From: an uncultured Bacteroidales bacterium
Lineage (GTDB): Bacteria; Bacteroidota; Bacteroidia; Bacteroidales; VadinHA17
DNA length: 64,000 bases
Direction of reading: 5' to 3'
Assembly (NCBI GenBank): GCA_963838215.1
Contig: CAWIQG010000007.1
Location: 8,308 to 72,307 of the forward strand
Shown here: positions 55,403-64,000 of the stretch, in pieces
Numbering within the stretch: position 1 is the first letter of the stretch
How the letters are laid out: the number at the start of each line of letters is the position of its first letter
Program-made: the position numbers and the translations under genes
Notes under the pieces: model-generated
What the model was told of the DNA's origin: nothing
What the model saw: the letters and a program-made list of their open reading frames with translations, nothing else
The model's database searches: none

Positions 55403-56902
55403 TTATACTGGCATATCAGGTAATGTAAAACCTTTGCGATAAGTATGTTTAACCATCTCAGTTGCAAACTGTTTCGCATTAAGCTTAATGTCAGGCCTAT
55501 CAAACTTTGGATCGCCATCCACGATTTTAAAATTATCTGAAATGGTGAGTCTTACACTGTCATCATCACCGATATTTGTGAACTCCATTTTTTCGCCGTT
55601 CCATTCGAGTTCTTTATTCAAACCCTGAAGTCTGACTGCAAGAACTCCCATAACAACCATTTCGTTGAAGGGACCAGCTTCTGAGAAATCAGATTTAGAT
55701 TTAACTCTGCTTTCCGGGCTTTCTTTGCATGCACGTACCCAATCCATTTCATGGCCACCGTTCATTGCATTTGCAACTCTTCTTTCAGTTTTTGGAACTA
55801 CAGGTACACGGCCTGATAATAACCAGGGGTTTTTGCCATAGCACCCACAGATCAGTGTATCTTTTGTACCGTGGAAAATAACACCACCACCACCGTCATT
55901 CATATCTTTTCCGGCAGGCCAGCCAGCTGGTTTAGGAGGTTCTAATCCACCGTCATACCAGGTCACTTGTACCTGAGGGTATTTGATTTTTGAGCCTTTT
56001 GGTGCAATTCTTTCAGGAAATGTAAGAGTAACCATCTGAGCATTAGGCGCGCAGTCGGTCAATAATAGCGTTGAACTTCCCTGAGCTTTTATCGGGTATC
56101 CCAGTTTAAGAGACTTAAATATCGGATGCATAATATGGCAAGCCATATCACCAAGTGCACCTGTTCCAAAATCCCACCAGCCTCTCCAGTTCCAGGGAGT
56201 GTAGATGCTGTTGTACGGACGCATCCGGGTAGGGCCAATGAAAAGATCCCAGTTAAGCGTATCAGGAACCCATTCACCTTTCGGGACATTTAATCCTTGT
56301 GGCCATATCGGCCGGTCAGTAAATGCTTCAACTTTCTTCACATCACCGATCTCGCCATTCTGCATCCATTCAATTGTCTGGTTTACACCTTCATCTGATG
56401 AACCCTGGTTACCCATCTGTGTGGCAACTTTATATTTTGCTGCCAGTTTTGTCAATAGCCTTGATTCATAAACAGTGTGCGTCAGAGGTTTCTGGCAATA
56501 AACATGTTTGCCAAGCTGGATAGCATTTGATGCAACGATGGCATGTGAGTGGTCAGCAGTTGCCACAATTACCGCATCAATTGATTTTCCCATTTCATCG
56601 TACATCTTTCGCCAATCCCAATATGCTTTGGCATTTGGATTAGAGTCAAATACTCTTTTTGCATAACCCCAGTCGACATCGCAAAGTGCGACAATATTTT
56701 CGGTCGGGGCAACGTGCATCAGGTTTGAATTACCCATGCCACCTATACCAACAACAGCGATATTAAGCTTATCACTTGGAGAGGGAGTTTTACGGCCAAT
56801 GCCACTAACAACTGAACTTGGTAGTATAGTCAGACCTGCAGCCACAGCACCGGTCGTTCCCAGAAATGTCCGGCGTGTAATTTTTTTTGAATTTTCTTTC
56901 AT
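55403..56902 (-). CDS. Tat-exported Gfo/Idh/MocA oxidoreductase
   Basis: TRRTFL Tat motif, GIGGMG, ALCDVD, ATADHSH, HVYCQKPL, QMGNQG, WRGWWDFGTGALGDMACH. Confidence 0.93.
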   Translation of the reverse strand: MKENSKKITRRTFLGTTGAVAAGLTILPSSVVSGIGRKTPSPSDKLNIAVVGIGGMGNSNLMHVAPTENIVALCDVDWGYAKRVFDSNPNAKAYWDWRKMYDEMGKSIDAVIVATADHSHAIVASNAIQLGKHVYCQKPLTHTVYESRLLTKLAAKYKVATQMGNQGSSDEGVNQTIEWMQNGEIGDVKKVEAFTDRPIWPQGLNVPKGEWVPDTLNWDLFIGPTRMRPYNSIYTPWNWRGWWDFGTGALGDMACHIMHPIFKSLKLGYPIKAQGSSTLLLTDCAPNAQMVTLTFPERIAPKGSKIKYPQVQVTWYDGGLEPPKPAGWPAGKDMNDGGGGVIFHGTKDTLICGCYGKNPWLLSGRVPVVPKTERRVANAMNGGHEMDWVRACKESPESRVKSKSDFSEAGPFNEMVVMGVLAVRLQGLNKELEWNGEKMEFTNIGDDDSVRLTISDNFKIVDGDPKFDRPDIKLNAKQFATEMVKHTYRKGFTLPDMPV

Positions 56903-56999
56903 TGTCAGCAAGATTAAAATTTATTATTGATTCATAAAATTAATAATATTTAATTAAGTCAACGATCGGAGATGCCATATTTAAGAATAATTAAGTAAT

Positions 57000-57791
57000 T
57001 TACAATTCTCTGATCCATATATTTCTGAAAGCTACAGGATTTCCATGATCCTGTAATTCAATGCTTCCAGGACCATGTTTCTTAATGAAATATTCTGGTA
57101 TTCCTATATATTCAGTTGGTCCCCTTAAGCTTACATTATTCTGAACCAATACGCCGTTTTGAAGAACCGTAACTCTTGGAGACGTCAAATATGTTGTAGT
57201 ATCATTATTAAAAGTGGGTGCTGTATATATAATATCATACGATTGCCATTCTCCCGGTTTTCTGCAAACGTTTACCAGGGGAGCATACTGTTTATAAATA
57301 CTGGCAGCCTGACCATTACGATAAGTACGATTATTATAACTATCAAGTACCTGTACTTCATAAAGTTCCTGTAAGAAAACACCGCTATTACCCCTGCCCT
57401 GACTATCACCTGTCACTTCAGAAGGTGTTTTCCATTCGACATGCAATTGAAAATTAGTGAATTTACGCTTTGATTTTATATAACCTGCACCTTTGACACT
57501 GATCAGTTCACCATCCTTAACAATCCATTTTGTCGGGTTTCCCTGAGTATCGGTCCATTCCATATTTACATCATTACCATTGAATAAAACAATAGCATCA
57601 GAAGGTGCCTCTTTATCAGTGGCGCCGGGTTGAATGATTTTTACTTCCGGCTCCCATATCTCTGTCATCCCCGGTGTCATCTTCTCGGGTTCAGGATACT
57701 TTGTTGCAGCAGGTTTGGTTGCTTGCTGAGCCTGTCCTGAGCTATAAACATAAGTGACAAGCATTAAACTGAAAATCAATAGTTTTTTCAT
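57000..57791 (-). CDS. DUF1080 protein
   Basis: Signal peptide; PSDAIVLF.G, FQLHVEW, QGRGNSGVFLQ..YEVQVLDS, GEWQSYDI, LQDHGNPV.FRNIWIREL. Confidence 0.92.
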   Translation of the reverse strand: MKKLLIFSLMLVTYVYSSGQAQQATKPAATKYPEPEKMTPGMTEIWEPEVKIIQPGATDKEAPSDAIVLFNGNDVNMEWTDTQGNPTKWIVKDGELISVKGAGYIKSKRKFTNFQLHVEWKTPSEVTGDSQGRGNSGVFLQELYEVQVLDSYNNRTYRNGQAASIYKQYAPLVNVCRKPGEWQSYDIIYTAPTFNNDTTTYLTSPRVTVLQNGVLVQNNVSLRGPTEYIGIPEYFIKKHGPGSIELQDHGNPVAFRNIWIREL

Positions 57792-58154
57792 AGTTTTGTA
57801 AATTAATAAAATTATATTTTATGTACTTAATAATCAAATAATTAATCCAAATATCTGCAATTCTTTGTAAGAGTCATATAAATAAAATTCAGATTCTAAC
57901 CGGATTATAAAATTAGAAATTTTTTATAATAGCCAGATAAGTTATACAGGTAATAATATTAATGCCTTTATCAAGGGAAAGAGATAAATTGCTGTAAATG
58001 ATTAAATACGATCTTTTAAGGTCCGATCAAATCATTTTATTCTATTGAATTACTTTGCATTAAACTTTGGTTACTTTGTATTTAAATCAGATTAACCAAC
58101 AGGTCATAAAAGTCATTCAAAAAGTATCGATAAGTAAAAGAAAAATCAGATCAG

Positions 58155-58631
58155 ATGGAAACAAAATATTTTGCTCTCAGCTCAAATGAAACAAGTAAAC
58201 TTGTAAAAATAATCCAGATATTATTTGGTATTATCTGCATTGCAATCGCCATCTTCTGGCTGATCTTCAATTTCAAGTCATTAACGAATGATGGGACACT
58301 CTGGATAACAATTCTATTCCTTTCAGGGTTTGGATTTTACCAGATTTGGTCCGGATCGGGTCGTGCAACAAGCTTTATTGAAATTGGAGTTGATAAAATA
58401 AGGCTTAAAAAGAATCCAATGCTTTCACCTGTAGAGATGCCTGCTATGGAAATTGAAAAAATTGAGTTGTTTCCTCTTAACGTCATCTTCTTCTTAAAAA
58501 CAAAAAAAAAGATATTGCTCCGGTTCGGGACTACATATCATGAAACAAATGAAAAAATAAAAGATGAAATTTTACGCTTTGCCGGATTAAATAAAATAAC
58601 CCTGGAAATAGTTCAGGAAGAGTTAAGATAG
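58155..58631 (+). CDS. Hypothetical membrane protein (2 TM plus soluble domain)
   Basis: 158-aa ORF with two hydrophobic helices, filling an intergenic gap. Confidence 0.7.
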   Translation: METKYFALSSNETSKLVKIIQILFGIICIAIAIFWLIFNFKSLTNDGTLWITILFLSGFGFYQIWSGSGRATSFIEIGVDKIRLKKNPMLSPVEMPAMEIEKIELFPLNVIFFLKTKKKILLRFGTTYHETNEKIKDEILRFAGLNKITLEIVQEELR

Positions 58632-58673
58632 AACGATGCAACGGCACGACGGCATAACGGCGCAAAGGCGTTA
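58632..58673. repeat. Octamer micro-repeat array (AACGGCRY-like)
   Basis: AACGATGC AACGGCAC GACGGCAT AACGGCGC AAAGGCGT between convergent stops. Confidence 0.75.
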
Positions 58674-58676
58674 CTG

Positions 58677-58922
58677 TTAATTCTTTGGTTTCCTGCCTGA
58701 CAGGAAGGCTATTAAAGAATATACAGCACAAATAATCAGAAGCCTGAAAACAAAATTTATAAGCATATCACTTACCGAGTGGGACCCTTTGTCAATGACA
58801 ATAAAGGAATAAATTGCATAAGCAAATCCGAATGATAAAACAAGCCATCCGGTTAAAGATATTGGAATATAAAAAAACCCGACTCGTTTAAACCAAGTAA
58901 AATTCATTTTGCTGAGATTCAT
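58677..58922 (-). CDS. Small hypothetical membrane protein
   Basis: 81 aa, 2 TM, WFKR.G.FY.P.S..GW N-terminus; start overlaps the upstream stop (ATGA). Confidence 0.7.
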   Translation of the reverse strand: MNLSKMNFTWFKRVGFFYIPISLTGWLVLSFGFAYAIYSFIVIDKGSHSVSDMLINFVFRLLIICAVYSLIAFLSGRKPKN

Positions 58923-59344
58923 AATGAGTAGATTAATAAAATCAATAGTGAGAAGATTATTATTAAGACATTAAACCAGACTTCCCATAAGAAGTTCATT
59001 ATTTTTGGATTTCCTGATAAAAAATAGATTTTCCTTATGCTGAAGAAGTTCATTATAATAAATACTAATGGAATAATGAGAAAGAATACAACAGAAAAAA
59101 TTTTTTCTCTGCCTGAAAATTCATGAAGAATTGAAATTAAAGTTGAATGTTTCATATAAATGCTCTTCATTAAGAACATAATGATGATATATAGAGGAAT
59201 AGTCAGCCACCACCAGCACAAAACGGATTTGTCTTTAGCGTTTGAAATTGCATCTGGCAGTATGTCACGGTTCTCTGACCGGGTAACTTCAGATTTTTTC
59301 ATCTCTGTCAATTCATTTTCAAAGTTTTGCGTTTCCATAGCCAT
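58919..59344 (-). CDS. Hypothetical membrane protein (3 TM)
   Basis: Charged N-terminus then three hydrophobic helices; translationally coupled to the next ORF. Confidence 0.65.
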   Translation of the reverse strand: MAMETQNFENELTEMKKSEVTRSENRDILPDAISNAKDKSVLCWWWLTIPLYIIIMFLMKSIYMKHSTLISILHEFSGREKIFSVVFFLIIPLVFIIMNFFSIRKIYFLSGNPKIMNFLWEVWFNVLIIIFSLLILLIYSL

Positions 59345-59583
59345 AATGTAAAAAGTTAAGTCTGGTCGTATTTATTCTGAAAGTAAATGATCAAATTATA
59401 TTGTCTTTTATAAAGGTATTCATGGTTCGATTTTGTCATATATATTGACAATCATTACGGTAAAAATAATTCTAATGTCCGAGAACAGAACAAAGGTGTA
59501 AATAATTTTAACAATTGTTCGCATAAATAAAAAGAGTTGAAGGTTAATAATTAATGTAATTTTGTATTAATAATTCTGATCCT

Positions 59584-60600
59584 ATGTTATCTCTTTTCAG
59601 GAAAGACGGCAACAAACTTGAATGCCTTTTATGTCCTCATTTTTGCAAAATTGCAGCAGGCAAAACTGGCATCTGCGGTGTCAGAAAAAACAATGGAAAG
59701 GAAATTGAGCTACTGACTTACGGAGTTATTTCAGGTTATTCACTCGACCCCGTTGAGAAAAAACCTTTATATCATTTTTTCCCTGGAAATAATATTTTAT
59801 CTATCGGATCTTATGGTTGTAATATGAAATGTGACTTTTGCCAGAATTTCAACATATCCCAGAAGATCCCCGGAAGCCTGATCGCAGAAGCAGCTCCTGA
59901 AAAAATTGTCAGGGATGCTCTTTCTGTTGAAAAGAATATTGGGATCGCATTTACTTATAATGAACCGATAATCTGGTTTGAGTTTATGAAAGACGTTGCT
60001 CTGGCTGCTAAAGCTGAGGGACTATATACGGTTATTGTAAGCAACGGATATGTTAACAGCGAACCACTGTCAGAAATAATTCAATTTGTTGATGCATTTA
60101 ATATTGACATGAAGGCGTTTAACAATAATTTTTACCGGAAAGTAACAGGTGCTGATATTGAACCGGTTAAAGATTGTCTGAAGCTGATTTCAAAATCCGG
60201 AAAACACCTCGAAATTACTACTCTTATAATACAGGGACTGAATGATGATGAAAAGGAAATGGCTTTACAGTCGGAATGGATCGCAGGTGAGCTTGGAAAA
60301 GATGTCCCTTTTCATCTCAGCAGATACTTCCCGATGTACAAACGCGACGATCCGGCCACATCGCAGGAAACTCTGAACAAGCTCTTTGAGATAGCTTCTG
60401 AAAATCTTAATCATGTTTATATTGGCAATACGATTTCAGATCAGGGACAAAACACAAGTTGTCCAGAATGCGGCACAATCGTAACAAAAAGATCGGGATA
60501 TAAAACCTGGTTGTTAAACCTGGATAATGAAGGAAAATGCAACAGTTGCGGAACTCCGGTATACAAATACTTTACTTTTTCTTCTCCGTCAAGATGCTGA
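59584..60600 (+). CDS. amrS: AmmeMemoRadiSam-system radical SAM enzyme
   Basis: CLLCPHFC.......GICGVR, DPVEKKPLYHF.PG, GCNMKCDFCQN, TYNEP, HLSRYFP, CPECG...C..CG. Confidence 0.9.
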   Translation: MLSLFRKDGNKLECLLCPHFCKIAAGKTGICGVRKNNGKEIELLTYGVISGYSLDPVEKKPLYHFFPGNNILSIGSYGCNMKCDFCQNFNISQKIPGSLIAEAAPEKIVRDALSVEKNIGIAFTYNEPIIWFEFMKDVALAAKAEGLYTVIVSNGYVNSEPLSEIIQFVDAFNIDMKAFNNNFYRKVTGADIEPVKDCLKLISKSGKHLEITTLIIQGLNDDEKEMALQSEWIAGELGKDVPFHLSRYFPMYKRDDPATSQETLNKLFEIASENLNHVYIGNTISDQGQNTSCPECGTIVTKRSGYKTWLLNLDNEGKCNSCGTPVYKYFTFSSPSRC

Positions 60601-60865
60601 GCCTTTTAAAAAGTTTATCAACGCCTGAAATAAGATCCTTTTCTAACAATTTATAATACGCTTTCACTATTTTAGGATTATCCTTACCGTCAGGGTTGTT
60701 TACCCTCGCAATCAGATCGTTTCTGAAACTCACTGCATCAGAAATGATAGCTGACAGTTCATCAGGTTTATTTTCAGGATGCACGCCGGAATAGATAAAA
60801 CAATCTGAAATCACTTCAAAAATCAGGGAGTCAATATTTTTTTTCAGTCCTCTTATACTTGCCAT
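60572..60865 (-). CDS. Small conserved hypothetical protein
   Basis: 97 aa helical protein MASIRGLKKNID; -7 motif (CAAATATA on + strand) at 60894-60901. Confidence 0.75.
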   Translation of the reverse strand: MASIRGLKKNIDSLIFEVISDCFIYSGVHPENKPDELSAIISDAVSFRNDLIARVNNPDGKDNPKIVKAYYKLLEKDLISGVDKLFKRLSILTEKKK

Positions 60866-60932
60866 AAAACAGGGGTTTGAATTAATAAGTTTACAAATAT
60901 AATAATTTATCCTTCAGTCTGTTCAAAGGATC

Positions 60933-61763
60933 TTATAATTCAGGCCTGAAAAGCCTGATACTATCCTCAACTTTCGCCATATAGAGTTGTCTTAATCTTT
61001 GTACCAGGGGCGGTTTGACATCAAAGAATTTATCATCGATGCAATAAAAAGGAAGTACCATTGGTGATGTCCCTGTCATAAAAACTGCTTCAAATTCTGA
61101 AATATCTTCAATGTTTACACAGGCAAAATCCACTTTGATCTGATTTTCCCTGCATATTTCAAGAATGTGTTTTCTTGTAATGCCATTCAGAATAACATTA
61201 TCAGGAGCAGTCACAAGTATTCCGTTCTTCAGAAAAAAAATATTGGAACGGCTTCCTTCAGTTATGAAATTGTTTCCATTCACAAGAAGCGCTTCATAGG
61301 CGCTTTCATGAATGAGTTTATGATAGATTGAAGACCTCAGTTTATGATTGATAACCTTAGATTCAGGATCTTTCCGTTCAGCAAAAAAGAGGATGCCTTT
61401 AACCCCTTTTCTGTATTGTTCTTCAGATGGATAGACAGGCTCGATTAAATAGATGAGATAATTATCGGAATTGTTATTGTAGTTAAAGACGATTTTAAGG
61501 TTCATCTCTTTTTTCCTGTCTGCTCTCGTGAGGTCAATGATGGCTCTTCTCAAAGTTGGAACATCAGCAAGCTGTTTTTTTTGCTGAAGCTTAACACTTG
61601 TTGTCAATCTCTCCATGTGGTCGTTGAAAAAAACCGGATTCCCCTTTATCATCCTGATGACTTCATAAACTGAATCACCTTCATAAACCAGCGAGTTATC
61701 AAACTGTTCTGCCGGTTGGAGCTCACCGTTGAGTATAAATTTTTTCCCGTAGCATTCATTCAT
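60933..61763 (-). CDS. PLP-dependent aminotransferase class IV (BCAT/ADC lyase-like)
   Basis: VYEVIR, H.ERL..S, ER..PESK, ITEGSRSNIF, LNGITR, FMTGTS. Confidence 0.88.
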   Translation of the reverse strand: MNECYGKKFILNGELQPAEQFDNSLVYEGDSVYEVIRMIKGNPVFFNDHMERLTTSVKLQQKKQLADVPTLRRAIIDLTRADRKKEMNLKIVFNYNNNSDNYLIYLIEPVYPSEEQYRKGVKGILFFAERKDPESKVINHKLRSSIYHKLIHESAYEALLVNGNNFITEGSRSNIFFLKNGILVTAPDNVILNGITRKHILEICRENQIKVDFACVNIEDISEFEAVFMTGTSPMVLPFYCIDDKFFDVKPPLVQRLRQLYMAKVEDSIRLFRPEL

Positions 61764-61849
61764 GATAAACCTATTTTCACGAAACAAAAATACAAACTCT
61801 CATTCAATCTGCCCTCAATTCTGATTATATTCGTAACCATTATTGAAGA

Positions 61850-61889
61850 ACTTCGCAGCAAGCAACGGAGAACGCGCTCGCGGGGATTC
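61850..61889. repeat. 40-bp GC-rich hairpin repeat, copy 2
   Basis: ACTTCGCAGCAAGCAACGGAGAACGCGCTCGCGGGGATTC; 37/40 identical to 11595-11634. Confidence 0.9.
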
Positions 61890-61907
61890 CAGATGAGATT
61901 TCGACAC

Positions 61908-63278
61908 ATGTATGCGATTGTTGATATAGAAACTACGGGAGGCAGTGCACGGATTGAAAAGATCACAGAAATTGCTATATATCTGCATGATGGAAATAAG
62001 ATAACGGGAGAATTTGTTTCGCTTGTCAACCCGGAACGGAATATACCATATTTTATTACCAATCTGACAGGCATAACAAATGAAATGGTTGAGGATGCGC
62101 CTTGTTTTTTTGAGATTGCCAGAACAATAGTAGAATTAACCGAAGGAAGAACTTTCGTGGCACATAATGCCAGATTTGATTATTCATTTATCAGGCAGGA
62201 ATTTAAATCGCTGGGTTTCAATTATAAAAGGAATATTCTTGATACTGTTTCCCTCAGCAGAAAACTTCTCCCGGGCCATAGATCTTACAGTCTGGGCAAT
62301 ATCTGCAAGGATCTTAGGATTTCAATAAATGGGAGGCACAGGGCAGCCGGAGATGCTCTTGCAACTGTAAAGCTATTAGAAATTCTTATTGCAAAAGATC
62401 GCGAAATTAACGGCACAAGATCAATTTTGCTTAAGAGTACAATGTTTTCAAAATTGAATCCAAAACTCGACATAACTAAAATTGAAAACATACCGGAAGA
62501 ACCAGGGGTTTACTATTTCTACAACGAGAACGGGGATCTCATTTACATTGGAAAAAGCCGTAATCTCCAGCAGAGGATAAGTACTCACCTTTCGAATAAT
62601 ACAACTAACCGTTCGATGGAAATGCGCGATCTTATTGCTGACATTTACTGGGAGACAACCGGAAGCGAGCTTATTGCACTTCTTAAGGAATCATTCGAAA
62701 TAAAAGCCAATAAACCGGTTTATAACAGGGCACAGCGAAGAACAGGCTTTCAGTGGGGTATTTTCAGCTTTGTCGATAATAACGGGTACATCAATTACCG
62801 TTACGGGCAGCTCAATAGTGATGATTCACCGGTCTCAGTTTTCACTTCAAGAGAAAAAACAAAATCGAAGCTCAGTTCACTGGTTGAAACTTATAGTCTC
62901 TGCCAGAAATTAGTGGGATTGTACGAAACGGAAGGTGCATGCTTTCATTATCATGTAGGTATCTGTAAAGGTGCATGCTGCGGAAAAGAGAGTGCAGAGG
63001 AATATAATGAACGGGCAGCCAGAGCATCAGAAGAGTTCATTTTTACCCGACGGAACTTTTTTATAATTGATAAAGGAAGAAATGCCGAAGAGCGCTGTGC
63101 AGTGAAAATAATGAACGGGAAGTATGCCGGATACGGATATTTTGATATAAATGAAATGGGATTCGGCCTTTCTGCCGTCCACGAATGTATTAAGCCATCA
63201 GCAGATAACCGTGATATCCAGGTAATTCTGAAAAGCTATTTAAAAGGGAACCATGTGGAGAAGATTATAGAATTCTGA
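61908..63278 (+). CDS. DnaQ-like 3'-5' exonuclease fused to a GIY-YIG (UvrC/Cho-like) nuclease
   Basis: MYAIVDIETTG, VAHNARFD, HRAAGDA (DEDDh); PEEPGVY.F...G..IYIGKS.NL..R...H (GIY-YIG); C...CF.Y....CKGAC. Confidence 0.92.
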   Translation: MYAIVDIETTGGSARIEKITEIAIYLHDGNKITGEFVSLVNPERNIPYFITNLTGITNEMVEDAPCFFEIARTIVELTEGRTFVAHNARFDYSFIRQEFKSLGFNYKRNILDTVSLSRKLLPGHRSYSLGNICKDLRISINGRHRAAGDALATVKLLEILIAKDREINGTRSILLKSTMFSKLNPKLDITKIENIPEEPGVYYFYNENGDLIYIGKSRNLQQRISTHLSNNTTNRSMEMRDLIADIYWETTGSELIALLKESFEIKANKPVYNRAQRRTGFQWGIFSFVDNNGYINYRYGQLNSDDSPVSVFTSREKTKSKLSSLVETYSLCQKLVGLYETEGACFHYHVGICKGACCGKESAEEYNERAARASEEFIFTRRNFFIIDKGRNAEERCAVKIMNGKYAGYGYFDINEMGFGLSAVHECIKPSADNRDIQVILKSYLKGNHVEKIIEF

Positions 63279-63315
63279 TTCATAAGTACTTTCTCGGTAA
63301 AATAAAATCCGTTAC

Positions 63316-63437
63316 CCACGGAGTATCACAGGGTTGCACGGAGTTATCATGTAGTTGATTCCGTAAATTAAACGTGAACCACAGATCATAGATTATTTAA
63401 CAGTGGTACTCCGAGTTTACTCAGTGTAACTCCGTGG
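63316..63437. repeat. Inverted pair of decamer arrays (CACGGAGTTA-like)
   Basis: CACGGAGTAT CACAGGGTTG CACGGAGTTA (63317-63346) faces GTACTCCGAG, TTACTCAGTG, TAACTCCGTG (63406-63436). Confidence 0.8.
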
Positions 63438-63452
63438 TTAAGGGAAGATTAA

Positions 63453-64000
63453 TTATTCATGAAACCGGTATCCTATACCAGATTCAGTAATAAGTAACTT
63501 TGGTATTCCAGGATTGTCCTCAATTTTTTTACGAAGCTGGGCTACGAATACTCTTAAATACTGCGTCTGCCCAATATATCCGAAGCCCCATATTTCTTTC
63601 AGTATGTACTGATGAGTTAATACTCTGCCTGAATTTTTTGCAAGAAGTGTCAATAATGCATATTCTGTTGATGTAAGTTTCAAGACATGGTCATTCTTAC
63701 GGGCCACATGATTTGCCAGATCAATTACGAGTGAGCCGAAAGTTAAACAATGATTATCTTCAATTCCGGGTGTTTGCCGCATTGCTACTCTGATTCGAGC
63801 AAGAAGCTCACCAGTTCTGAAAGGTTTTGTGAGATAGTCATTTGCCCCAATATCCAGTGCATTGATTATATCATCTTCCGAATTCCTTACCGAAAGAATT
63901 ATAATTGGGTTCTGATACCATTCCCTTAATTTTTTCAGTATTTCGATGCCATCAGTATCGGGCAATCCCAGATCAAGTAAAATCATTTCAGGATGATATG
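63453..64000 (-). CDS. kdpE: OmpR-family response regulator, KdpE-like (N-terminus outside the window)
   Basis: LLDLGLPD.DG, GANDYLTKPF...ELLARIR, G.VLTHQYILKEIWG.....TQYLRVFVAQLRKKIE..P..P.L.ITESGIGYR. Confidence 0.85.
   Translation of the reverse strand, partial: YHPEMILLDLGLPDTDGIEILKKLREWYQNPIIILSVRNSEDDIINALDIGANDYLTKPFRTGELLARIRVAMRQTPGIEDNHCLTFGSLVIDLANHVARKNDHVLKLTSTEYALLTLLAKNSGRVLTHQYILKEIWGFGYIGQTQYLRVFVAQLRKKIEDNPGIPKLLITESGIGYRFHE

Noticed and set aside
61716-61907. N-terminal extension of the DnaQ-GIY-YIG ORF
   Set aside because: It overlaps the divergent aminotransferase and reads through the hairpin repeat; the DEDDh domain starts at ATG 61908.
7531-62491. Many 60-155-aa ORFs nested in or antisense to long genes (e.g. 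8207-8536, 15714-16100, 36677-37054, 45714-46100, 54171-54638)
   Set aside because: Shadow ORFs of well-supported genes, with no independent motifs.
1-64000. tRNA, rRNA, riboswitch or prophage genes
   Set aside because: None recognised by eye; tRNAscan-SE and Infernal were not run, so small RNAs cannot be fully excluded.

Overview
AT-rich chromosomal window from a Bacteroidota organism, probably an environmental Bacteroidales. Support: TAnnTTTG -7 promoter motifs, a T9SS-sorted C25 gingipain-like protease, DUF1080 and DUF4831-like proteins. Positions ~1-6800 form an accessory patch. It holds the 3' part of an IS5-family transposase and a 5.2-kb segment bracketed by two ~93%-identical 159-bp direct repeats. 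Inside the segment are single-gene units on the + strand (pirin, degenerate M23-like protein, RelE/ParE toxin-antitoxin pair, membrane XRE regulator), separated by related non-coding elements with integron attC-like core sites, one apparently interrupted by a group II intron 3' remnant. No integrase is in the window. The rest is mostly core metabolism: ABC permease, exported peroxiredoxin, a sugar kinase/isomerase/MFS cluster, a biotin-dependent acyl-CoA carboxylase, pepD, pit, two tandem MFS paralogs, nnr, a POT transporter, thrA-thrC-thrH, a redox cluster (7-heme NapC/NirT-type cytochrome, DoxX-AKR fusion, DUF6599, Tat/Fe-S AKR), a PP2C sensor, a C25 protease, a DUF1080-Gfo-DUF1080 glycoside-oxidation module, AmrS, a class IV aminotransferase, a DnaQ-GIY-YIG nuclease and a partial KdpE. 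Intergenic 7-, 8- and 10-nt micro-repeat arrays and REP-like hairpins are scattered throughout. I found no rRNA, tRNA or CRISPR array. All family calls come from motif recognition by eye; no database searches were run.
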